64,000 nucleotides of DNA from Felis catus (taxonomy: Eukaryota): the NCBI RefSeq assembly GCF_018350175.1, contig NC_058369.1, forward strand, positions 7,814,001-7,878,000, in the 5' to 3' direction. How positions within the stretch are numbered: position 1 is the first letter of the stretch; each line of letters opens with the position of its first letter. The translations under genes and the position numbers were made by a program. This document shows positions 1 to 23,070 of this stretch, one piece after another. The notes below the pieces were generated by a model, which worked only from the letters and a program-made list of their open reading frames with translations, was not told the origin of the DNA and made no database searches.

Positions 1-12993
<12,993 letters not shown>

Positions 12994-14149
12994 GCTCTTG
13001 ATAGCTGGCTTGGCTGGGAAGAGACAGGCCATCAGCCCCCAGACCTTGACCTGACGTCCCCTCAACCTTCCACTCATCCAGGCTAAGGCCTGAGGGGAAG
13101 ATTCTGGAACCCCCTCTCTGTATGACCTCAGACACCCAATTCCTCTCCCTGAGCCTGTTTCTACATCTGTTTGATGGAGTTAGAGAGCATGCCCGCACCT
13201 ATTAGATCTGTCACGAACAATGATGAACCCCTTTATTGGACAGGCTTGCACCAATATAAAAACCTGTTTTGAACCCACCTTCCCAAAATCAACAGGCAGG
13301 CAGGTGTGGTGAAACAGGCCAGGGGGGCAAATCTTGGATCTCTCCGTGTCAAATCAGACAAGTCACTTAGCCACACTGGGCCTCAGTTTCCCCACTGGAA
13401 AATGGAGATGCTGGGAGCGTTGCCATGAAAAGATGGTTGTAACATCACAGCTCAGCCCTTAACGCAGGCATGAAAAAATAACAAATATGACAAAAACAAG
13501 AATAAAATCATTATTATTGCTTCCATCGTCCTCTTACACGCCAAGATTCCTGCCTCCCACATCTACCCTGGTGAGTAACCCCAGGTACTGCCGACTCCCC
13601 TGAGCCTAGGACAGGTTGTGTTTCATTTTCTCCCTTCAAGCCAGCTGTGGGGTTTTTTCTAGAGCCAGGCCCGGGCCTCAGGCCTCCAAGTCCTCCAGTT
13701 TTAAGATAAACAGTGATCCGGAGAAGAGAATGTCGTCATAGCACAATGTCAGATTCCTCAGCAATCAGCCCCTCTCTGAGCCTGTGTCCTCGTCTGGAAA
13801 ATGGGCGTATAACAGCCTCTCCTCCCTCAAAGCGTTGTTGGGAGGATTCAGTGAGATGAGGCAGGGAGGGCGCTCAGCACAGGGCCTGGCAGGCTGTAAG
13901 TACTTAATAAATATTCGCTATTATTATGTGTTAACATTTGAGAAAATATGGTGGGGACGTCCATTTCCTCCTTCCTCATCCCCACCGGGTCCAGAGCCAG
14001 CTTTGCAAATGGGGTTGGAGGTCTCCACCCAGGAGGTCCGCATCGCCCCCCCCACCCCAAACAAACACCCAAACCTCGAAACTTCGCTGGCAGGGGCAGG
14101 AACCACGAGGTGCACCCACCAGGCATTGACCAGTCACAAGGCAGCGGGT

Positions 14150-14700
14150 GTTGCTATCCTCACCACCCCCCCCGCCCCCGCCCACCGGCCAAGCGCAGCC
14201 ACTCCCCCCTCCCCTCCCCGCAACCCCCTCTCCCCTTCCGTCCGCTCCCCGCCTCCAGCCGCGCCTCCCGCCGGCCGCTTCCCTCTAGAAGACCTCCCGG
14301 CGGCACCTGGCTCACCCTTTCCCGGACTCTGGCTAGGACCCGGGACCCCGCCCCACAGCCAAGGGCAGCCACCGCCAAATTGCCGCCGAGACACCGCCTC
14401 CTATTGGCCACCTGAAATGGGCATAGTCATTGGCCGCCGCTGTGACCCGTCGCAGGTAACCATTGGTCCTTTCGTTGCAATGGTGGAGTTCCTATTGGTC
14501 CTCAGCTTCACTTCCCCCTCCCCCAACCGCGATTGGCTGGGGCGGCTCCTGGATGCACTTCAGCGTCAGCGACTGGCTGTTGGGGAAAGTGGGCGGAGAT
14601 GCGGAAGGGGTGGCTCGCTGGGGTGGCTGGAGAGTGTGGCCTGCCAGTGACGCCTAAGCAATTGCCCACGCGGACGGTGGGCCAAAGTTAGGCTTTGGGA
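14150..14700 (-). promoter_or_regulatory. TYK2: TYK2 CpG-island promoter / first exon region with five CCAAT boxes
   Basis: CpG-rich; ATTGG at 14403, 14429, 14462, 14494 and 14532; GC boxes; donor-like AGG|gtgagc at 14315. Confidence 0.75.
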
Positions 14701-14859
14701 CTTGGTGTAAACCCCGTGTCCTTATCTTGGCGATCAAGGCTGCAGCCCAGCCAACCGCCATTCAGTCTTTCTTCGTCCTGTTAGGTGACTCCATTCCATT
14801 CTGCCTCTCTTCCCTTGTCCCTGCCTGGCCAGCTCCACCTAGCTGGATGAAGACCTCCT

Positions 14860-14921
14860 CCACCCCACCCCACCCCACCCCACCCCACCCCACCCTCACC
14901 CCCATCCCACCCCACCCCCAC
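14860..14921. repeat. (CCCCA)n pentanucleotide repeat, G-quadruplex-prone on the minus strand
   Basis: caccccaccccacccc... Confidence 0.85.
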
Positions 14922-15019
14922 CGCAAGGAGGCATTTTTGACCTACCTGCTCAAATCCTTTTCCTGATCACCTACACCTCTGAATCTGTCAAAGTAGCAGC
15001 TTGGATGTCCCACCAAGTT

Positions 15020-15102
15020 TTTTGGTTTTTGTTTTTTTTTTGAGTGAGAGAGAGAGGGAGCACGTGCGTGAGAGGGGGAGGGAAAGAGAGAGAGAGAGAA
15101 TC

Positions 15103-15141
<39 letters not shown>

Positions 15142-15443
15142 GAGAGAGAGAGAGCAGGGGCGGGGCAGAGGTGGAGGCCGGGAGAAAATCCCAAGCAGGC
15201 TCTTAACTGACCGCGTGCGGAGCCGGACTGGGGCTAGAACCTATGATCTGTGAGATCATGACCTGAGCCAAAGTCAAGAGTCCTACGCTTAACCTACCGA
15301 GACCCCTGGCACACCAAGGGAGAGAGAGAGACTCTTAAGCAGGCTCCACACTCAGCGCGGGGCTCCATCCCACGACCCTGGGATTATGACCTGAGCCAAA
15401 AGCAAGAGACAGTGGCTCAACCTACTGAGCCACCCAGGTGCCC
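15020..15443 (-). mobile_element. Nested CAN-SINEs (one inserted in another)
   Basis: Duplicated gagagagagagaatctt / gagagagagagactctt flanks the inner copy. Confidence 0.75.
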
Positions 15444-15610
15444 CTCCACCTTATCTGAGTTCTAATGGACACACAGCAAGTCGCTGTCCTTTACTCAAAA
15501 GGCCGTGCACCGAGTGTTTTCATGCATTATCTCATTTGGTCCTGGCAGCAGTCCACTGGGGGATGAGCCCATCCCCATTTCTCAGAGCAAGAAACTGAGG
15601 CACAGACAGG

Positions 15611-15850
15611 TGACAAAGACCCTCTCCTTGACCAAACTAATCAGAGCACTCTTTTCGACTAGTCCTTGACCTTGGCCTGAGCCTATCTTCAGCCTGTTCC
15701 GTCCAGTCTGAGCAAAGAATCCTTTAAGTCGTCAGCCACTTTTGATATCTGATCAAGTTCCTCCCAGTTGGTGTCCACAGAAAACTGGAGAATTATTTGG
15801 TGTGGAAAACCCACATATTGGGTATCAGAAGTATTGTAAGTAGAGAAAGC
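15611..15850 (+). mobile_element. ERV LTR fragments (MER31-like followed by MER21-like)
   Basis: tgacaaagaccctctccttgaccaaact...; ggtgtggaaaacccacatattgggtatcagaagtattg. Confidence 0.5.
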
Positions 15851-16039
15851 TTTCCTTTAGCATGCATTAAAGAAAACTTTCATGGGCTTCGCCTGCGGGT
15901 CCAGTTTTAAAGAACAACAGTAATAAGGCAACTACCCAGCCCAAGAAATAAACACTCACTCCTCCTCAGAAGCTCCTTGTTCTAAATCAGCAAACCCATC
16001 TTTCTGTCCCTTTGTCTGCTGTACTTTTCTTTGCAGTCT

Positions 16040-16374
16040 TTTTTTCCCCAAGTTTTTATTTATTTTTGAGAGAGAGAGAGAGAGAGAGTGCATGCACGCG
16101 CATGTGCAAGCAGGGAGGAGCAGAGAGAGAGGAAGAGAGAAAATCCCAAGCTGGCTCCACACTGTCTGCCCAGAGCCCTACTTGGGGCTTGAACCCGTGA
16201 TCCTTGAGATCCTGACTTGAGCTGAGATCAAGAGTCTGATTCTTAACCGACTGAGCTACCCGGGCGCCCCTTTTTGCAGTCTTTTTTTTTTTTTTTTTAA
16301 ACGGGGCACTAATTTATTTATTTTTAAATGTTTATTTATTTATTTTGAGAGAGAGTGTGTGACAGCTGGGAAGG

Positions 16375-16412
<38 letters not shown>

Positions 16413-16539
16413 AGATCCCAAGCAGGCTCCACACTGTCAGTGTTCGAAGCCTGATGTGGAGCTTGAACTCACAAACTGCGAGATCATGACCTGCGCTGAT
16501 GATTTGGACGCTTAACTGACTGACTCACCCAGGCGCCCC
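16040..16539 (-). mobile_element. Two tandem CAN-SINEs
   Basis: SINE heads at ~16270 and ~16539, (GA)n tracts. Confidence 0.85.
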
Positions 16540-17124
16540 ACTTTGCAATCTTTATGACAATCTGACATTTCACTGGAAGTTTCTTTGAGCACTGATCTTC
16601 AAGCCTGTCTTCCACTCTAGAAGGTCAGCTCCACAGCGGAGGGGTCCGTGTGGTTCTCCACTGCACCCACAGCACCTGGAATTATGCCTGACACCCAGTA
16701 GGTGCCTAAGAAACTGGTGGGTGAATGGCCTAGGGAGCCATTGGGCCTGACCTTCTGTCCTGCTTGCTGTGGAAGGGCTGACCGTGGCCTTCTGGCCTCA
16801 GCTTCCTCTCTGCCACGGGGAGTGCAGCGACAGGAAGTCAAAGGTGCCAAATGCTTTAACAGCCAGCTGACCGAGGGGGGGACAGCCTCTACTGGGCCCA
16901 GAGCTGGCCCACAGAGCACAGAGTGAGCCCGGGACTGGGTGTCCAGCATCCCCGGAGGGATGGGAAATGGCAAGTGACTATTATGACTAATGATCATAAT
17001 GATGGTAATAACCCCGGCTATAAGAATAAATCATAATAATAGCTCACATTGGCCTAGACTGGATGCCAGGCCCAGGGCTGAGTGCTTAGAGTTTAGGGAG
17101 CCCTCTCAGTTTCTTTTATTTATA

Positions 17125-17348
17125 TTTATTTATTTATTTCTAATGTTTTTAATGTGTACTTATTTTTGAGAGAGAGTACAAGTGGGGGAGGGACAGAGAG
17201 AGAGACACACACACAATCCGAAGCAGGCTCCAGGCCCTGAGCTGTCAGCCCAGGGCCCAACGTGGGGCTCGAACCCAGGAACCATGAGATCACGACCTGA
17301 GCCAAAGTGGGATGCCCAACCCACTGAACCACCCAGGTGCCCCTATAT

Positions 17349-17389
<41 letters not shown>

Positions 17390-17583
17390 AGATTTTATTT
17401 TTAGGGGCGCCTGGGTGGCTCGGTGGGTTAAGTGTCAGACCATTGACTTTTGCTCAGGTCATGATCTCACGGTTCTTGGGATCAAGCCCCGCATTGGGCT
17501 CTGCACTGAGAGCGTGGAGCCTGCTGGAGATTCTCTCTCCCCCACTCTCTCGCAAAATAAACAAATAAACATTAAAAAATAAA
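17125..17583. mobile_element. Head-to-head CAN-SINE pair separated by (TTTA)n
   Basis: Minus copy 17125-17343, plus copy 17404-17583. Confidence 0.85.
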
Positions 17584-17667
17584 AGAGGCACGGAAGCGGC
17601 AGGGAAGGCTCAGATACCGCTCCCAGGGCCCAAGGCCTCCTCAAACTCCTCCATCACAGACAGATAC

Positions 17668-17770
17668 ACCAACTACCGGGGTTTACCCAGGACCAAGGGA
17701 GATTCCCAGGCTGGGGACTTCCGTGGTTAAAACTGCGACAGTCCTGAACGACCTGAGACAATTGGTCACC
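17668..17770. mobile_element. MER81-like hAT DNA transposon remnant
   Basis: accaac...ttggtcacc ends with internal gggacttcc...ttaaaact, resembling the MER81 consensus as I recall it. Confidence 0.6.
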
Positions 17771-17805
17771 GGTGTCCAGCGGATTTTCAGGAGGAAGTTA
17801 GCACC

Positions 17806-18332
17806 GGGGGATTCCCCTGAGTCTGCAGGGAGGGGCCTCCCGGAGCTCCCAGCAGACCAGGGAAGAGCCAAGAGTTGATGAACTAAATTAGAATCTCTTT
17901 GTGTTCTTTTCAATTGGACGATCTGTGGACCCGTCAGCCCGGGATCACACAGTGTCTGAGTGTCTGCCCGGGATCACACAGTGACTGAGCTGGGATTTGA
18001 ACCCAGACCTTCTGGTTCCGGCCTTCATGTGCGTTAACTCCTCCGTTTCCTCCCAAGACAAGCAGAGAAGGTCTAGTTTCAGGCCGCTGGTGGGACTTGA
18101 CTAGACTCCTGTATTCACATGCGTGGCTGACAGGGTGTGACAATTCCTTGGAAGGGTTCCCAGAAAACTGACCAACCTAATGGCTGTTTGGGGGAAGGGG
18201 CTGACGGGTCCACAGATCGTCCAATTGAAAAGAACACAAAGAGATTCTAATTTAGTTCATCAACTCTTGGCTCTTCCCTGGTCTGCTGGGAGCTCCGGGA
18301 GGCCCCTCCCTGCAGACTCAGGGGAATCCCCC
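17806..18332. repeat. Perfect 135-bp inverted duplication (arms 17806-17940 and 18198-18332, 257-bp spacer)
   Basis: Arm 2 is the exact reverse complement of arm 1 by base-by-base comparison. Confidence 0.97.
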
Positions 18333-18384
18333 TGAAATATTTCAGGCACTCCAAAGGGGGTAGAAATTAAAAACATCAGCTAGG

Positions 18385-18840
18385 CAAAAGATGGAAACGA
18401 CCCAGGTGTCCATCAACAGATGAAGGGATACGCAAAATGTAACGTAGCCGTACGATGGAATATTATTGTCATAACAAGGAATGAAGCTTTGACACGTGCT
18501 TCGTCCTACAACGTCAACGAGTCTTGAAAACATTATGTGAAGTGCAGGGAGCCAGACGCAAAAGACAAATGATCCCAATTTATACCAGATCCCTAGAGGA
18601 GTCAGAGTCATAGAGAAAGAAAGAAGACGGTAGGAGCCAAGGGCAGGTGGAGGGGGAAGGGGAACACGTGTTTGGTGGGGACAGGGTTTCAGTCTGGGAA
18701 GAAAAAGGAATTCTGGACACGGACGGTGGTGATGGTTGCACCGCAGCGTGAATGTACTGAATGCCCCTGAACCACGAGCTTAAAAGTGGTTAAAATGGGA
18801 AATTTTACATATGTTTATTTTATCATAATTAATAAAGAAA
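18385..18840 (+). mobile_element. Old L1 (L1MB-like) 3' end fragment
   Basis: tggaaacgacccaggtgtccatcaacagatgaa...ggtggtgatggttgcaccgcagcgtgaatgtactgaatgcc, A-rich end. Confidence 0.8.
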
Positions 18841-19295
18841 CAAAACGCCCACTCAGGAAAAAAGAAACAGCATAAATATAGTGGAGAATCTCGGCTTTTC
18901 ACTTGGTGGGTAGGCAGGTAAGGGGCATGGGGGCTGGAGTAACTTGTTCTAGGCTCTGTCCCCAGGCCCCAGGATATTTGTTGCCTTAGAGCAGCTTTTC
19001 TAGAGGGCTTCCTTCTGTGGCCACAAGAGAACAAAGTGCTTCATCCAGCTTCCATGTCCCTGGCTTCTGGTGGGTTCTACCAATGGGGGAGCCTGGCCGG
19101 AGACGAGAAGTAGGAGTCCAAGGAGGGATATGTGTTCCCCTGCTCCCTCCCTGCCTGGTCACAGTTTGGGCAGTGGCTGTGTCTCTGTGACCACAGAGTC
19201 TGCAAAGAGCACTTTCTTCATGGCTCCAGATCTCGGTGAGTTCTGCTAATTCTGTTTCCTGCACATACCCTGGAGCCTAGGATGTGGTGCCTCCC

Positions 19296-20012
19296 TGTGG
19301 TGGGCAGAATAAAAGACTTCCAAAGGTGTCCGTGTAATATCTGAACTAATCCTTGGAATCTGTGAACATGTCAGGCTTCGTTAGGGAGAAGCATCACAAG
19401 GGAGCATTACTAGTCTGCAGGCGGAAATTGAGGATGCTAATCAGTTGACCTTAAGGTAAGGAGATTATCCTGTTGGGTTCAAGGTCATCACAAGGATCCT
19501 TAAAAGTGGAAGGGGGAGGCAGAAAAAGAAATCAGAAGGGCTCCCGGGTGGCTCAACCAGTTAAGCGGTTGACTCTTGGTTTTGGCTCAGGTCATGATCT
19601 CACAGTTCATGAGTTCAAGCCCCGCATTGGGCTCCACGCTGACAGTGTGGAGCCTGCTTGGGAATTCTCTCTCTCTCTCTGCCCCCGCCCCCCCCCCCCC
19701 CACTTTCAAAATAAATAAGTTTAAAAAAAGAAAAAGAAGTCGGAGTGATGTGATGTGAGAGTCTGACTTATTTTCACCATCTTTGAAGGTGGCGTCAGGC
19801 CCCAAGCCAAGGACTGTGGGCAGCCTCTAGAAACTGGACAGGGCAAGGAAATGGATCCTACCCCGAGTTTTCAGAAGGATCATAGCTCTGCCAATGTCTT
19901 AGTTTTAACCCAGTGACACTCGTGTCAGACTTCTGGGCTGCAGAACTCTAAGATAATAAATTTGTGTTGAAGGTGCTAAGTTTGTGGTTGTTACAGCAGC
20001 TGTAGAAAATAC
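19296..20012 (+). mobile_element. MLT1 (D/E-like) MaLR solo LTR interrupted by a CAN-SINE (~19537-19735)
   Basis: tgtggtgggcagaataa...ttaaggtaaggagattatcctg...gcagcctctagaaactgga...aataaatttgtgttg. Confidence 0.8.
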
Positions 20013-20019
20013 ATTTGAA

Positions 20020-20210
20020 GAACGCCTGTGTGGCTCAGTTGGCTGAGCATCTGACTTCAGCTCAGGTCGTGCTCTCGCAGTTTGTGAGTTCAAGTCTCAT
20101 GTCGGGCTCTGTACTGGCAGCTCATAGCCTGGAACCTGCTTCAGATTCCGTGCCTCCCTCTCGCTGTCTGCCCCTGTCCTGCTGGCACTCTGTCTCTCCT
20201 AAGTAAACGT
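20020..20210 (+). mobile_element. CAN-SINE
   Basis: cgcctgtgtggctcagttggctgagcatctgacttcagctcagg. Confidence 0.8.
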
Positions 20211-20399
20211 TTTTTTTTTTTTTTTTTTAATTAGAAAAAAAACAACCAAAACATTGGATATACATTTGTTGCTTCTCCAATCCCCCTGCCCCGCTCACAT
20301 CCCTGACATCAACCCCTTGATTGCAATTGTTGTTAAACCCTTTTGAGTTGAATTCTGTCCCCCCACCCCACCCCCACCCCCCCCCAGCTAAGACCCAGC

Positions 20400-20870
20400 G
20401 ATCCTGCTTCCAGGAATTTTTCCTACAGGTAGGATGCCTGTACTCATGGTTAGTGGTGCACAAGGGTATTTCTTGCTTGCAAAGATAGAGACTGGGAAAA
20501 CCCCAGATGTTAGTCAAAAAGGGTCAGTGAAACCAACGCTGAGATAGGCGTATACTGGAGCTTTCTACACAGGATAGAAGGAATGAGGAAGTGTTGACGA
20601 TAAGGGGAGGTCGGTCTGCAGGTCTGTTGTTCAGTGAAAAAAAAAAAAAAGATGCATTTCCGACTATAGGATATGCTGTTTTGGGTAAAAGGAGAGGGGG
20701 TAAGAACAAGTTTCTGAAAAGAAACTCTGGACGTTGTCACAAGAAACCATGGACAGTGGGGTCCTGTGATTGGGGGAAGGGAACCGCCTGGGTAGATAAT
20801 GAGCAGATATGGAGCTGTCTCCCTATTTCTTAATATTGCTTGATGTGTTTTAAATCCCGTGTCCTACGAG
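20400..20870 (+). mobile_element. Highly decayed L1ME-like 3' fragment
   Basis: agactgggaaaaccccagatg...gaatgaggaag...ttgttcagtgaaaaaa. Confidence 0.45.
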
Positions 20871-22509
20871 AGCCAACACTAGGGTGAGGCAGGTGAGGCT
20901 TGAAAGCAAAAGAGGGCACCAAAAAGCTCAGTAACCAAGATAAATACTTTAATGCAATATTTTTAAAAAGCACAATGAATGTGAAAAAAAAAAACAAAAA
21001 CAAAAAACCCACCCACGAACAAAATATTGAAATCTTAAGCAAAGAATCAGTAACAGTGCTGAGTTGTACTGGAGCCTGAGGCAGAAGGAAAAGCCAGTAA
21101 TATGGATTCTACCTTGGAAAGTTTTCACAGTAAACAATGAACTTGCCAATCCTGGATGAATCCTGGACAGGCGAGATTTACCAAGGACCCTAGGATGCCT
21201 TCCTCCTGCCCAAGCCCTCTGGATCCCTGGCTGCCGTTCCCACCGTATGAAAAGCTTTAGGTGATGCCACTGGGGTTTGCGGCTCACTATTGCCCCCTGG
21301 TGGCAACCAACGTGCACCAACACCACCTAGAGGCTCTTTGCTTTGGTAGAGGTTTACTGACCGCCCACTGGGCGCCAGGACCCCTCCAGGGCACTGTGAG
21401 CACCTGAGGACCACGTGACACTGTTTGTGCCCCGGTGGTGCTCACAGCGCAAGGGAGAGGACGGCGCGAGGTTGACAAAGCTTGGCACATGGCAGGTGAG
21501 GCGAGCCGAGCCGCCTGGCTGGAAGTGAGGGGCAACTCGGGTGGGTCAGGGAGGGCTCCTGGGAAAAAGTGGTACTGAGCTCTGGTCTGAGTGACAAGCA
21601 GCTGCCGGGAGTGGGGTCTCCTGGAAAGGGGCAGGCAGAGGGATTCACTGGTTGCTTTCATCTTAAACTGATGTCTTTATTCATCATACTATTCTTGAGG
21701 CCCTTTTCTGTGGCCCAAACGTTCCGTTACTTTATAAAGGAGCCCCGTGAGGGCTGCAGGGAAGGGTGTTTGGGTAAAGGGACAGACACACCAAGGCCCG
21801 CATTTTGAGCACCTAAGCGCCAGGCGCCAGGCTTGCCCTGTGGTATGATGTCATTTTAGTACTGCCCCAGGAGAAAGGCACTAACATTACTCATTGTGCA
21901 CAGGAGGGGTACACTGAGGCTAAGGAAGTTGCCAAGGTCACACTGATAAAGAGAAATTTAAAGTGCTCAAGAACCTGCAAGGAGAGAGGGAGAACAGAGG
22001 GGAGGACACGAGACCAGGGCAGAGAGAGGACCGGGCAGAAGGTGCACGCCTGTCTGCTGCGGAGAGGGCTTTTGGCTTCTGCTGGGAGGGAAGGATGTAC
22101 CTTGTTCACGGCCACCCTCCGGCCACGGCCTGTTGGGGTCTGGTGTGGAAGGGGGAGATGGGGAGGAGGCTGGGGCAGGCTGCAGGCCAGAGGTCACAGA
22201 GACCAAGGGCAGTGGTCAGAGATTGAGGATGATGTTCCTGAATGGGTGGCAGCAGGGGGCCTGGAGGACAAGCCACAAAGAGTGGGGGGTGAGGCTGAGA
22301 ACTGTAACGTAAAGGCATCCTGGGGAAGAATGTTCTAGGCAGTGGAATAGCTTGTGTAAGAAGAGCCTGGAACCAGAATAGAGATAGCTGGAGGATAAGG
22401 CCTGGGGCAACACAGGCCAGGCCTCTGACACTCACTGGGTTCCCCTCCCACCCCAAGAGAAGAGCTGTGTCAACAGCCCTCAAGACGCCCCCCTGAGCAT
22501 CTGAAATCC

Positions 22510-22515
22510 TTTATT
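22510..22515 (-). terminator. CDC37: CDC37 polyadenylation signal AATAAA
   Basis: tttatt on the plus strand, about 400 nt past the stop codon. Confidence 0.8.
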
Positions 22516-22914
22516 GGTAGATCATTGCTGTTTACCATATAGAAGACTCGAGAGCGGATGAACAGTGAAAACAGAGCCCATAGTGACTGGAGCAGGCCTC
22601 TGGGCTGGGGACCCTCCCCACACCCCACGGACCAGCCTCGCGACCTCCACCCCTCCCTGGACCCTCAGGCCTTTGGCATAATGCTGATGGGTGGGGGGTG
22701 GGGGGGTGGCCTGCAGGCAGTGAAGCCCCTTGACTCAAAGCAGAGACTTGGATGAGCACTGAGGTGGGGGCAGTGGGATGGAGGCAGCTCTCTCCCCGAC
22801 CCGGGCCGGGCGGGAGCAGCGAAAGTGGAGGGAGCTGGGGAGAGGCATCTATTTTTGTTTTCCGAAAAGGGGCACACGGGGGCCTGCGGGCAGGCAGGCG
22901 GCAGCCGGGGCGAG

Positions 22915-23070
22915 TCACGCGCTGACATCCTTCTTGTCGCCTGGCTTGGGGCCGGCTTCCAGCAAGGGGTCCCCGGGGCCTGCCTCCTCCCCCTCCTTGG
23001 CCTCGCTGGACTTGGAGTTGGGGACCCAGAGGCCAGAGTCGATGCAGCGCTGCATGTGGTACTTCGCATC
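22915..23070 (-). CDS. CDC37: CDC37 exon 8 coding part ([18 protein letters not shown]...DVSA*)
   Basis: 156 nt, TGA at 22915-22917. Confidence 0.97.
   Translation of the reverse strand, partial: DAKYHMQRCIDSGLWVPNSKSSEAKEGEEAGPGDPLLEAGPKPGDKKDVSA

Noticed and set aside
13784..14650. 288-aa plus-strand ORF across the TYK2 promoter
   Set aside because: Starts in a MIR, has GC-island composition and shows no coding features.
17806..18332. Inverted repeat read as a MITE or pre-miRNA
   Set aside because: No TSD or known TIR end motif, and the 257-bp loop is too long for a pre-miRNA hairpin; a local rearrangement fits better.
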